Below the pieces are notes generated by a model. It worked only from the letters and a program-made list of their open reading frames with translations, had not been told where the DNA came from and did not search any database. 64,000 nucleotides of DNA from an uncultured delta proteobacterium (GTDB lineage Bacteria; Myxococcota; Kuafuiibacteriia; Kuafuiibacteriales; Kuafuiibacteriaceae): contig CAWDML010000008.1 of assembly GCA_963803435.1 (NCBI GenBank), positions 512,001 to 576,000 on the forward strand, read 5' to 3'. This document shows positions 51,091 through 60,227 of this stretch, in pieces. The position numbers and the translations under genes are program-made. Numbering within the stretch: the first letter of the stretch is position 1; each line of letters starts with the position of its first letter.

Positions 51091-52236
51091 TCACCGGTGT
51101 GGCTGGGCCAGGAGGCTAAAGCGCGCGAAGCGCAGGTGCTCGATGTCGACCGAGCGGCTCTTGCCGTCGAGGATCAGCTCGGCCATGGCGAGACCAGTGA
51201 TCGGGGCACTCTTGAACCCGGAGCCGCAGAAGCCGGCGGCGACGTAGTAGCCCTCGAGACCGAGCGGACCGTCGACGATCGGCTGTCCGTCCGGCGTGAA
51301 GTCGTAGAGCCCGACGATGCCGCGGACCATGCGGGCGCTGGCGAGGGCGGGGAAGCGGTGGGCGAGGGCGGCGTGCGCGACGGTGGAGTAGTCGACGTCG
51401 ACGTCGGTGCGGTAGCGATCGGGGCCCCAGGGCGTGTCGAAGCTCCAGTCGATCCCGACGAGGTTGGCGTCTCCGTCGACGTGGCAATAGAGGCCGGTGA
51501 CCTCGTCGTAGAAGGCGAGCTCTTGCTCGGGAAGGCCGCCGGGCCGATCGACGTAGATGACCTGGCCACGCTTCGACCAGAGGGGGAGGGCGATCCTCGG
51601 ATCCGGATGGAGCTGGTGCGTCCACGGGCCGACGGCGAGGACCACGACGGGGGTGGCGATGAAACCGTCCACGGTTTCCACGCCGGCGATCCTTCCGCTG
51701 CGATGTCCGATCTGCAGCACGGTGACGCCTTCGGCGATGGTGGCGCCCTGCCGCCGGGCGGCGGCGGCGAGGCTGTGCGTGGTCGCCATCGGATCGGCCC
51801 AGCCGCTCTCCTCTTCGTATGCGCCGCCGACCAGGTCGTCGATGTTCAGCAGCGGGTGGAGCTTCTTCAGATCGGCCGGCTCGATCCATTCGGAGCGGAT
51901 CCCGGCGCCCAGGAGCATCTGATGGACGCGCCGGACCTCCGGTTCGCGTTTCGCTCCGGTGACGTGAAGGTAGCCGGTTTGCCGGAAGCCGCATTCGCCG
52001 CCGATCTGCTCTGCCCAATCTTTGAAGAGCTCGCGCGAGCGGTTGATCATTCTAACCTCGGGCAGGTCGGGCCAGTGCGTCTGGATGAAGCCGCCGCACT
52101 TCTCGGTCTGACCGCGGCCGACGGCGCCGCGATCGAGGACCAGCACGTTCTTCATGCCGCGGGCGGTGAGCTGATACGCGATGCTCACGCCGATGACGCC
52201 GGCTCCCACGATGACGATGTCCGCGGTCGTGCGCAT
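51091..52236 (-). CDS. FAD-dependent oxidoreductase, D-amino acid oxidase/sarcosine oxidase family
   Basis: IVIVGAGVIG, GWADP, YDFTPDGQPIVD, AAGFCGSGFK; TGATG overlap with the upstream gene. Confidence 0.9.
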   Translation of the reverse strand: MRTTADIVIVGAGVIGVSIAYQLTARGMKNVLVLDRGAVGRGQTEKCGGFIQTHWPDLPEVRMINRSRELFKDWAEQIGGECGFRQTGYLHVTGAKREPEVRRVHQMLLGAGIRSEWIEPADLKKLHPLLNIDDLVGGAYEEESGWADPMATTHSLAAAARRQGATIAEGVTVLQIGHRSGRIAGVETVDGFIATPVVVLAVGPWTHQLHPDPRIALPLWSKRGQVIYVDRPGGLPEQELAFYDEVTGLYCHVDGDANLVGIDWSFDTPWGPDRYRTDVDVDYSTVAHAALAHRFPALASARMVRGIVGLYDFTPDGQPIVDGPLGLEGYYVAAGFCGSGFKSAPITGLAMAELILDGKSRSVDIEHLRFARFSLLAQPHR

Positions 52237-54155
52237 CACCGTTCCTCGAACAGGATCGGGCGCGCCGCCAGCGCTTCGAGCGCCAGCGGTTGACCGGCCG
52301 GGAGCAGCTCGAGATCGTCGCTCCATCGCGGCTCGCCGCCACAGCCGAGCGCCTCCCACAAGCGCGCCGCGAACGAAGGCATCAGCGGCGCGACCATGAC
52401 CGCCAGGGTGCGCACGGCCGCGAGCTCGACGGCCAGGCCCGTGGCGCGGTGCGAGCGCAGCGTCGGGATCTCGGCCAGGTGGGCCTGCGAAAGACCGAAG
52501 GCATGGGCGCGTTCGGCGAGCTCCAGGATCACTGCGGCGACCTCGCGCAGCGAGAGCTCGTCGTAGCCGCGACGTGCGCGCGCCCCGAACAGCTTCACCT
52601 CGGCGAGAAACCGCGACTGCTCCGGGGACCACTCGACCGCCTCCGGGACCTTCGCCTCCGCTTCCTGGACGAGCGCACGTCCCAGCCTTTCGAGCCAGCC
52701 TCTCCAGTGGCGGCCGAGCGAGCTCGCGAAGCCCTTTGCATGTTCGAGGCTCACGCTCTCCGGAGCCTCTTCGGCCCGGGTCATCGCCAGGTAGAGGCGC
52801 AGCGCCTCGGCCGGTACCTGCTCGAGCACCTCGCGCGCACCGAGCGCATGACCGCCGGTGGTCGACATCTTCTCGTCCTCGAGCAGAAGGAACTCGTTGA
52901 CCGCCAGCCGGGTTGGGATCGCACTCGCTTCACCGAGCGCGAGACAGACCGCGGGATCGTGGATCAGGTAGAGGTATGCGTTGTCGATGCCGAACGAGCT
53001 CATGACCTCGCTCTTTGGCGCGAGCCGCCCCAGCAGATGGGGAAGCGCGAGTGCCACCTCGAACCAGGGCGAGATCACCTGTCCGTCACCGACCGAGATG
53101 CCCCAGGATCCGGGCTGCGACGCCGGCGGAGCGAGGCTTGGCACCGACAAGATCCGCGCAGCCAGCCCGCGCAGCTTGGGGCTGAGTGGGAGGCGCGCGT
53201 GATGGAGCTGGAGCTGCTCGACGAACGGCGCCAGCGGAAAGACCCAGCGGCGCGTGCGCACGAGCGAAGGCGTTCGTTTGCAGCGGGTGCAGACGGGCTC
53301 CCTCAGATCGATGGTCTCGTTGGGAAGGCAGCAGAACTGACAAGCGAACCCGTTGCTCGGGGCGTCGCACGAAGGACACGCACCCTGGACGAAGCCGTCG
53401 TAGAGCGCTCGGCGGCAGGTCTCGCAGTAGAGGCCGTCGCTCTCACGCTCCTCGAGCAGCCCGGTCGCGAGCAGCCGGCGGAAGCTCGCCTCGACGCCGC
53501 TTCGATACTCGGGGTCGCGCGTGGGAAAGACGAACGCATCGGGCTCGGCACCGAACGCGCGGAACGCCTCGACGCAGGCATCCGAGTAGCGCTCCGCGGT
53601 CGTCGCCGGCTCCGACTCTTCGATCTCGGCTCGCCTGACGACGTAGCTCTGGTGCTCGTCGGCAAGACACGCGAACACGGCCGGGACGCCCTTCATCCGG
53701 TAGTGGCGGCGGGCCACGTCGGCGATCAGATAGGGTCCGCCGAGATGTCCGAGGTGCAGCGGTCCGTTCGAGGTCGGCGGTGAGGGCATGATGAACAGCG
53801 GTCGCACCTCCTCCTTCGGGGGCGGCGGAGACCAGAACACCGAGACGAAGTGGAGCTCTTCGCTGGTCGAGGGATTCGCCAGCTGATGGAGGCTGTGCGG
53901 TCGCAGATAGACCACGTCGCCTGGGCCGACCTCGCTGCTCTGACCTTCGATGGTCATCATCCCGCTGCCGCGGCAAATGACGAACGTCTCCGCCGCCGCG
54001 TGGGCGTGCAGCATCGTCATCCCGCCCGGCTCGACCACGGCGAGGCTCGCACCGAAGGGTGTCCGCGCGATCGCGTCCCAGGGATAGATGTCCTTGAACC
54101 GCACCTGGTGAGGCTCGGAATCGAGCGCGCTTCGGTCGAACCTGCGGATCGTCAT
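52236..54155 (-). CDS. Cupin-methionyl-tRNA-synthetase-like didomain protein (putative hydrazine synthetase)
   Basis: N-terminal cupin HAHAAAETF...PHSLH; MetRS-like PPTSNGPLHLGHLGGPYL.ADV, Zn knuckles CETC/CPSC/CQFC/CTRC, FGIDN, KMSTT, APLMPSFA. Confidence 0.88.
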   Translation of the reverse strand: MTIRRFDRSALDSEPHQVRFKDIYPWDAIARTPFGASLAVVEPGGMTMLHAHAAAETFVICRGSGMMTIEGQSSEVGPGDVVYLRPHSLHQLANPSTSEELHFVSVFWSPPPPKEEVRPLFIMPSPPTSNGPLHLGHLGGPYLIADVARRHYRMKGVPAVFACLADEHQSYVVRRAEIEESEPATTAERYSDACVEAFRAFGAEPDAFVFPTRDPEYRSGVEASFRRLLATGLLEERESDGLYCETCRRALYDGFVQGACPSCDAPSNGFACQFCCLPNETIDLREPVCTRCKRTPSLVRTRRWVFPLAPFVEQLQLHHARLPLSPKLRGLAARILSVPSLAPPASQPGSWGISVGDGQVISPWFEVALALPHLLGRLAPKSEVMSSFGIDNAYLYLIHDPAVCLALGEASAIPTRLAVNEFLLLEDEKMSTTGGHALGAREVLEQVPAEALRLYLAMTRAEEAPESVSLEHAKGFASSLGRHWRGWLERLGRALVQEAEAKVPEAVEWSPEQSRFLAEVKLFGARARRGYDELSLREVAAVILELAERAHAFGLSQAHLAEIPTLRSHRATGLAVELAAVRTLAVMVAPLMPSFAARLWEALGCGGEPRWSDDLELLPAGQPLALEALAARPILFEER

Positions 54156-54191
54156 GGGTTGCGCTCCACGAATGACTCAGCCTACACCGAG

Positions 54192-54569
54192 ATGGTGAAC
54201 GTTCGCGTCACTGTTGCCCACCCACCCCGCGATTTGCCCGCGGCCCGCCTGCCGGCACACGAAACCTTGGAGGGAGCCGGCGTCGCAGGCTGTCTCCTCA
54301 CGGCGGCGAGCGCCGATCGTCGCGCCACGGCGGGGTTCTGGTCGTGCGAGGCTGGCACGTACGAGTTCTTCTTCGACTACGACGAGTTCATCTACGTCAT
54401 CGAGGGCGAGCTGATCGTCGAGGAGCGCGGTGGAGACACGCACCGGCTCCAGGCCGGCGATACGGCGCACTTCCCTCAAGGCGTCACCACCGTCTGGCGC
54501 GTCCTTCGCAAGATGACCAAGTACTTCGTCGCGCGCGCGCCGTTCGAAGAGCCTATACCCGAAGAGTGA
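54192..54569 (+). CDS. Small cupin (DUF861/EutQ-like)
   Basis: AGFWSCEAG..YDEFIYVIEG...AGDTAHFPQG..VW. Confidence 0.85.
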   Translation: MVNVRVTVAHPPRDLPAARLPAHETLEGAGVAGCLLTAASADRRATAGFWSCEAGTYEFFFDYDEFIYVIEGELIVEERGGDTHRLQAGDTAHFPQGVTTVWRVLRKMTKYFVARAPFEEPIPEE

Positions 54570-55704
54570 TCGACTCCGCGTCGAGGAGCGCACGTCCCAG
54601 CGAGCGCTCGAAGATCGCCGATACGCGCGGATGAAGCGGCCCGTAGACGACCTGTCGAGAGAGCTCCTCGATGAGGCCGTTCGGCGTCATCGCCCGCGTG
54701 CCGATGAACCGCCGTACTCCTTGCACCAGATCCTCCGCGGTGCGGGTTGCGGTGTACTTTGCCACCGCTGCGGCCTCCATCAGCTGGTCGAACGCCTCCA
54801 ACGGCGCGCTCTGTACCGCCGCCAGCGCCCTTCCGATCTGCGGCACCAGACCGAGCGACGCCTTGAGCTGGATCCCCATGCGACCGAACTCCACCTTCGT
54901 ACCGTCGAGCTCCGCGAGCGACGTCCCGTCGGGGAGCTGGACCGAGTGGGCGAACTCTCGCGCAGCATCGAGCGCTCGCGCGGCCGCCCCGAGGTAAGCG
55001 GCAGAGGCGAGCGACTCGAACCAAACCGTGCAATGGTACATGATGACGCGGGTGATGCCCTCGTTGGTCGTGACCACGTCCTGCTCCGTGAGCACGACGT
55101 CGTCGAGATCGATCCATCGTGTGTCCGCGTCGGAGATCGCATCGGCGAAGACTCGATCGCCGACCCGTACGCCTTCTCGATCGGTGCGCGCGAGATAGAG
55201 CCCGACTCCACCGTCCTCGTCGGCGCCCACGAACGAGACCAGGTCGGTCTGGCTCGCCATGCACGAGAAATGAATTCGGCCCCGCGCGACCCGCTGGCCG
55301 TTCTTCGTCCGGATGGCGAGCGTGTCGCTCGCCGCTGCGCCCTTCGCCTTGACGTTGTCCCCAACGCTGCCGACTCCCAGGAGGAGCCGGCGCTCCTCGA
55401 TCTCGCGCAGGATTCCTTCCACCGCGCGCGCGAGATCGGGCTCGTGGATCGGCAGCGTCGCCAGCGCGCTGGTCATGTACTGATGCATGGTCAGCGCGAC
55501 GGTGAGCGGCAGCGACATCGATCCGAGGAGAAAGAGGGCCTCGAAGCTCTCGTAGAAGAGCGTCTCGCCATCCAGCGAGGGCTGACACGGCAGATACGGG
55601 AGACCGGTGTCGCGAATGCGCGCGAAGAACCGGTCGAAGCGTTCGGCTCGGGAGCACCTCGCGAGCTCCTGGGAGAGCTCGAGGATCTCTTCTTTGGTCG
55701 ACAT
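54553..55704 (-). CDS. Acyl-CoA-dehydrogenase-fold flavoprotein (possible flavin-dependent N-hydroxylase)
   Basis: ALTMHQY, GRIHFSCMA, AYLGAAARALDAA, AKYTAT..AEDLV, C-terminal GPLHP. Confidence 0.8.
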   Translation of the reverse strand: MSTKEEILELSQELARCSRAERFDRFFARIRDTGLPYLPCQPSLDGETLFYESFEALFLLGSMSLPLTVALTMHQYMTSALATLPIHEPDLARAVEGILREIEERRLLLGVGSVGDNVKAKGAAASDTLAIRTKNGQRVARGRIHFSCMASQTDLVSFVGADEDGGVGLYLARTDREGVRVGDRVFADAISDADTRWIDLDDVVLTEQDVVTTNEGITRVIMYHCTVWFESLASAAYLGAAARALDAAREFAHSVQLPDGTSLAELDGTKVEFGRMGIQLKASLGLVPQIGRALAAVQSAPLEAFDQLMEAAAVAKYTATRTAEDLVQGVRRFIGTRAMTPNGLIEELSRQVVYGPLHPRVSAIFERSLGRALLDAESITLRV

Positions 55705-55728
55705 CGGGCCAATGATAGCCCAACGCGT

Positions 55729-56409
55729 CTACGCCGCTCTTCCGCTCAAAGCTTGCTTGAGCGCGAAGCTCGACTCATCCCCGCGAGAAGCGAGCCACTG
55801 CATCGCGTTTGGCTTGGGCATGACACCGTTGGGCAGGTAGGCCGGCCTCAAGGCGGTGCCGCGCGCCGTCGCGACCGACGTGAGCCCGCTGACCTTCATG
55901 CCCCCGCCCGTCATGGGATCGAGGCCGGTGGAGGTCAGGCCGCTGGTGATCGGGGTCGAACCCCCGGTCATCGGGTCGTTACCCGCGAAGCTCTTGGTCC
56001 CGCCGGTCATCGGGTCGCTGGGATGGTCGTTGCCGCCGAGCTGGGCGCCCCCGGTCACGGGATCGTTGCCGCCGAGGTTGATTCCACCGCTGGGCGGGTC
56101 GATGTTTCCGCTGAGCGGGGGGCTACCTGGAGCACCCGGATCGTTGAGGTCCGGAGGGAAGCCCGTGTCGCCAGGGTTCTGACCCGGGAAGCCGGTGTCA
56201 CCTGGGTTGCTGCCGGCGTTCGGATCGTTGACCGCGAGCGTGCCACCGGCCGGATCGTCTCGTCGCTTGCGCTTGGAGATCGACTCCGAGTCCTTGTTGA
56301 CCTGCTCTCCGGCGTAATCCTGCCACCACTTGATCTTTCGTTGATCGTTGGCGAGCGCCTTCAAAATGTTGATGCCATCGCCGCCGATTCCTTCGCTAGC
56401 TTTGCACAC
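55729..56409 (-). CDS. Gly/Pro/Asn/Asp-rich low-complexity protein with DP(M/V)TGG repeats
   Basis: NPGDTGFP x2 and DP(M/V)TGG x4; start uncertain. Confidence 0.55.
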   Translation of the reverse strand: MCKASEGIGGDGINILKALANDQRKIKWWQDYAGEQVNKDSESISKRKRRDDPAGGTLAVNDPNAGSNPGDTGFPGQNPGDTGFPPDLNDPGAPGSPPLSGNIDPPSGGINLGGNDPVTGGAQLGGNDHPSDPMTGGTKSFAGNDPMTGGSTPITSGLTSTGLDPMTGGGMKVSGLTSVATARGTALRPAYLPNGVMPKPNAMQWLASRGDESSFALKQALSGRAA

Positions 56410-56626
56410 GCCGGACCCCAGTGCGAGAACGATGCCGGAGCCGTCACCGCTCTCAGCGACCGTCGGTGTCGGAGCTCGGTCTTGAGCCGTCTTGCTCTGC
56501 GAGGGCCGGCCAGACGGCGATCGACCGGTCCGGTCTCGGACCTCGAGCCTGAGACCTCGACGCCGCACTTGGTGGATCTGGGTGCCACACGTGCGGGAGC
56601 AACGAGCGCGAGGTAGTCTCACGGTC

Positions 56627-57031
56627 ATGCGGCGAGAGCATCCGATCATCGAGCTCGCGCTCCACGCGTCGATCGAGCTCGGTACCGCCTACGCGGATCG
56701 CGCGAAGAAGAAGCTGCTCGAGATCGAGAGCGGCGAGGAGCTCGAGCATGCGGTGCTCACGCTGATCTCGGCTGCAAAGTTCGCCGACGATCGGAATCAG
56801 CCCCAGGCGGCCGACAAGATCCTCGCGATCGCGTTCACCACGATCGAGCCGTTGAAGGGATTCAGCGCACGCGCGCGCCGGCTCGCCGAAGATCTCACCC
56901 GTGCGAAGACCGAACGCTTCGCCGCCTTCACTTCGGGGAAGAACACCAAGACCGCGCCGAAGTACGGTGAGAAGCCGAGCGGGTCGGTGTCCTTGTTCCG
57001 TCTGCTGCCGCCCCGGCCGCGCCGCGCCTGA
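56627..57031 (+). CDS. Hypothetical helical protein, apparent paralog of 62889-63296
   Basis: 134 aa; shares QAA..L.IA..P.L and AP...G...F.LL...RRA features. Confidence 0.65.
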   Translation: MRREHPIIELALHASIELGTAYADRAKKKLLEIESGEELEHAVLTLISAAKFADDRNQPQAADKILAIAFTTIEPLKGFSARARRLAEDLTRAKTERFAAFTSGKNTKTAPKYGEKPSGSVSLFRLLPPRPRRA

Positions 57032-57035
57032 GCGG

Positions 57036-58361
57036 TCAAGGCGCACCTCGAACGGGGAGCATGAGGCCGCGTACCGCGTCTTGGTCGGTGTCGGGAGCAA
57101 CTGCGCTCTCGTCCTCCCAGACCACGAAGAAGCCCGCGGGTCCTTGCGCGACGTCCGCGTCCTTTTGGTCGCCGGTCGTGACCGTGTTGATCAGCGCGTC
57201 CTCGTCGAGGAGCTGTCCGTCGGTCGCCACTCGGCGGCTGCGGACACCGGTCCCCGAGTCGTCGATGCCGGTCCACACGGCGAGGAACACACCCGAGGTG
57301 GCGGTGGCGACGCTCGGCGTCTCCTGAGTACCTTCGAAGGCCTGGTTGAGCTGGAAGTCGTCGCCGAGGAAGCTCGCGGGTCCTGTGAGCAGGCGCGCGC
57401 GGATGCCGGTGCTGTCGGCGTCCTCGACCGAGCTGGCGTCGGTCCACGCAATCAGGAAACGATCGGTGGCAGCGTCGAAGCCGAGCGCGGGCTCCGCCTG
57501 GGCGCCGCGCAAGGTCGTGTTGACGGTGAAGGTCTCGCCGAGGGTCTTGTCGGGCGAGACGAAGCGAGCGCGGACGTCGCTGTCGGCGGCCACTCCGTCG
57601 GGCCAGGCCACCAGAAATCGATCGGAGGCGGCCGCCACCGCGGGCTTGCCGAGCGGCTGGGCACCGGCCGGCGAGATCGCGAGCTCGTCGCCGAGGGTGG
57701 CGCCGTCCGCGCCGACGATTCGCCCGCGGACGGCGTTCGGGACCTCGACCTCCAACCAGACCACCAGGAACCGTCCGTCCGGCAGCACGGCGACGGCGGG
57801 ATCACGCTGATCGTCGATCACGGTGGCGTTCACCTGGAAGTCGGGTCCGAGGCCTTCGCCGCTCGACGAGACCGCTCGGGCGCGAACACCCTTGTCGGGA
57901 TCCTCGTAGCCGCTGCTGTCCTGCCAGACGAGCAGCGCGACCGCGCCGGCCGCGGCATCCCCGTGCTCCTGCTTGCCGGCGGGGCGCTCGGGGAGGACGA
58001 AGTCGGCGCCGGTCGGCTCGCCGAGCGCGTCGAAGAAGCGGGCGCGGACCGCCGCATCGTCGAGATCGGGCGGCTGGCTGCTCTCGTCGTCGAACACGAC
58101 GACGGAAGCGCCCGTGGAGAACAACGCGACGCTCGGGTTGCCCTGTCCTCCCCGAAACGAGGTGTTGATGATGTGCTCGGCGGGGAGGGTGCAAGGTGGA
58201 TTGCAGCCGTCGCCGGCGACGGCATTTCCGTCGTCGCACTCCTCACCTTCCTCGACGATCCCGTCGCCGCAGAACGGATGGGGAATCATCGGAAGATCGA
58301 TCACGAGCGAGCAGCTCGAGGCGGACGCGACGACCAGCAGGATGCTCCAGGACCGGCTCAC
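57036..58361 (-). CDS. Lipoprotein with myxobacterial Cys-rich repeat and repeated DFQVN-type blades
   Basis: Lipobox ASSC, CGDGIVEEGEECDDGN..GDGC, repeats of (D/T)FxVN..xQ..P.VA...FLVVW. Confidence 0.8.
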   Translation of the reverse strand: MSRSWSILLVVASASSCSLVIDLPMIPHPFCGDGIVEEGEECDDGNAVAGDGCNPPCTLPAEHIINTSFRGGQGNPSVALFSTGASVVVFDDESSQPPDLDDAAVRARFFDALGEPTGADFVLPERPAGKQEHGDAAAGAVALLVWQDSSGYEDPDKGVRARAVSSSGEGLGPDFQVNATVIDDQRDPAVAVLPDGRFLVVWLEVEVPNAVRGRIVGADGATLGDELAISPAGAQPLGKPAVAAASDRFLVAWPDGVAADSDVRARFVSPDKTLGETFTVNTTLRGAQAEPALGFDAATDRFLIAWTDASSVEDADSTGIRARLLTGPASFLGDDFQLNQAFEGTQETPSVATATSGVFLAVWTGIDDSGTGVRSRRVATDGQLLDEDALINTVTTGDQKDADVAQGPAGFFVVWEDESAVAPDTDQDAVRGLMLPVRGAP

Positions 58362-59020
58362 GGTAATTCCGAGAAATACAGGAAGATGCCGGCGGCGGCG
58401 GTGAGGATGCCCCCGACGAGCAGCACGTCGGTGGCCAGCGCGAAGCTCCGCGCCCGATTGGAGGATCCCTCGGCGCCGGTGAAGTCATCGTTCAGCGCCG
58501 ACTCGAAGGCCCGGTTGGACGCCCGTACGGCGAAGATGCCGGTGACCACCGCGATCGCGCCGAGTCCTCCCGACGAGGAGAGCAGCACCGTCGAGGTGGT
58601 GTGATCCACCGGCGGCGGCGCCTCCACCACGATCTGTGGCGGCGGAGGGGGCGCCTCCTCTTTCGCGAGCTCGGCCTCGAGGCGTGCAACGCAACCCTCG
58701 GCGAGGGACTTGAGCTTGGGATCCGCGTCCTTGGAGAAGGCGAGGAAACGCTTGAAGTAGTCTCGCGACTGGACGAGGTCCGACCGGTTCGGAGAGAGCT
58801 CGTGCTTTTTCAGGTGGGCGAGCGCAAGGTTGTAGAAGAGCCGGGGGTCGGGCTCCAGCTCGTAGGCGATCCGGAACTCCTGGATCGCACGATCGTACTG
58901 CGCCACTTCAAAGGCGGCGTTGGCCGCGTCGCGGTGATGTTTGGCCGCCTCCTGTACCGACTCCGCGTGGGCGACGGCGCAGGTCGAGGCGAGCACGAAG
59001 AGGGAGAGCGCACGCATCAT
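58358..59020 (-). CDS. Secreted TPR protein with C-terminal TMs
   Basis: MMRALSLFVLAS..AHA signal, AIQEFRIAYEL, LFYNLALAH. Confidence 0.8.
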   Translation of the reverse strand: MMRALSLFVLASTCAVAHAESVQEAAKHHRDAANAAFEVAQYDRAIQEFRIAYELEPDPRLFYNLALAHLKKHELSPNRSDLVQSRDYFKRFLAFSKDADPKLKSLAEGCVARLEAELAKEEAPPPPPQIVVEAPPPVDHTTSTVLLSSSGGLGAIAVVTGIFAVRASNRAFESALNDDFTGAEGSSNRARSFALATDVLLVGGILTAAAGIFLYFSELP

Positions 59021-60172
59021 CAAAACCGCACCGGCATTTCGGGCACGATCTCGGGCTCTGTCTCCGGCGGCGGGCTCGGCGGCTTGGGCGCCTTGCGCCG
59101 GTGCTTCGGCGCCGGCGGCGTCTGGCGGCGCTCCGGCGCGGGAGGCTTCGGCGCCGCCGGTAGGGGCGGTAGGGCCGGTAGGGGCAGCTCGACCGCAGGG
59201 GTCGGAGCCGGCGCTTCGCTCGGGCTCGAGCGGACCACCGCGTAGGCGATCCCGGTCAAGAGGAGCAGCGAGAGCACGGCCACGCCGGCGACCCAGCGTC
59301 CGATCGGGGCCCGACCCGAGTCCGAGGGAAGGACGGCCTGGACGGCCGCCGCCAGCTCGGAGGCCGACGTCGGCCGCGCCGCAGGATCGCGCGCCAGCGC
59401 GCTCGCGAGCGGCCGATCGAAGAGCTCCAGCTCGGGATCGAGCTCCGAGAATCGGCGGCGCCTCGCCGGAGAGCTTGCGTTCGAGGACGTGCTCTCCGGT
59501 GGGCGGGAAGGGCGGCGCGCCCGCGAGCATCTCGTACACGAGAACGCCGAGGCTGTAGATGTCCGACCGCGCGTCGACGGCGCCCCCGAGGCACTGCTCC
59601 GGCGACATGTACACAGGTGTCCCGAGGATCGATCGGCCGCCGGTCACCAGGCCGTCCATGTCCGGGCTGTCGGGTGCGAGCTTGGCGATGCCGAAGTCGA
59701 GCAGCTTCACCTCGAAGTCGTCGCCGGTCGCCTCGTCCCCGGCGAGAAACACGTTCTCCGGCTTGAGGTCGCGGTGGACGATCCCGGCCTTGTGCGCGGC
59801 GTCGAGGATGGAGGCGACCCCGGTCGCGATCCGGAGCGCTGTCGCTGGAGGGAGCCGACCCAGCCGCTTCAACCGCGCCCGCAGGTCTTCACCCTCGAGC
59901 AGCTCCATCACGTAGTAGTGGAGGCCGTTCGGGAGCGTGCCGAACGTGAAGACGTCGGGCACGCCGCGGTGCTTCACGCGATGGATGGTGCGGGCCTCGC
60001 GTACGAAACGCGCGACCGCGTCGGCGCGACCGGACCACGAGGGATGGAGGACCTTGATCGCGACCGGCCGTCGGATGATCGGCTGGATGGCCCGGAAGAC
60101 GATACCCATCCCGCCTGCACCGATCCGCCCCTCCAGCAGGTAATCGCCCACCATGTCGCCAGGACGAAGCAA
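59020..60172 (-). CDS. Ser/Thr protein kinase (frameshift at ~59451)
   Basis: GAGGMG, VAIK, HRDLKPEN, DFG, GTPVYMSPE. Removing one base restores ...PPISELDPELELFDRPLASALARDPAARP..., a TM segment and the end EMPVRF*. Confidence 0.88.
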
Positions 60173-60227
60173 CGCTTCATCCTACGATTGGCGACGAAGC
60201 CGTCGCAACCACTGGCGCCACGCCCTC

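Noticed and set aside
52236-54155. Housekeeping metG
   Set aside because: The N-terminal cupin fusion, degenerate KMSTT motif and coupling to a DAO-like gene fit a biosynthetic paralog, so no gene symbol is assigned.
58358-60172. Apparent 604-aa kinase-TPR fusion
   Set aside because: Same artefact at ~59451; the corrected frame restores the kinase's last subdomain, its TM segment and its own stop at 59020.
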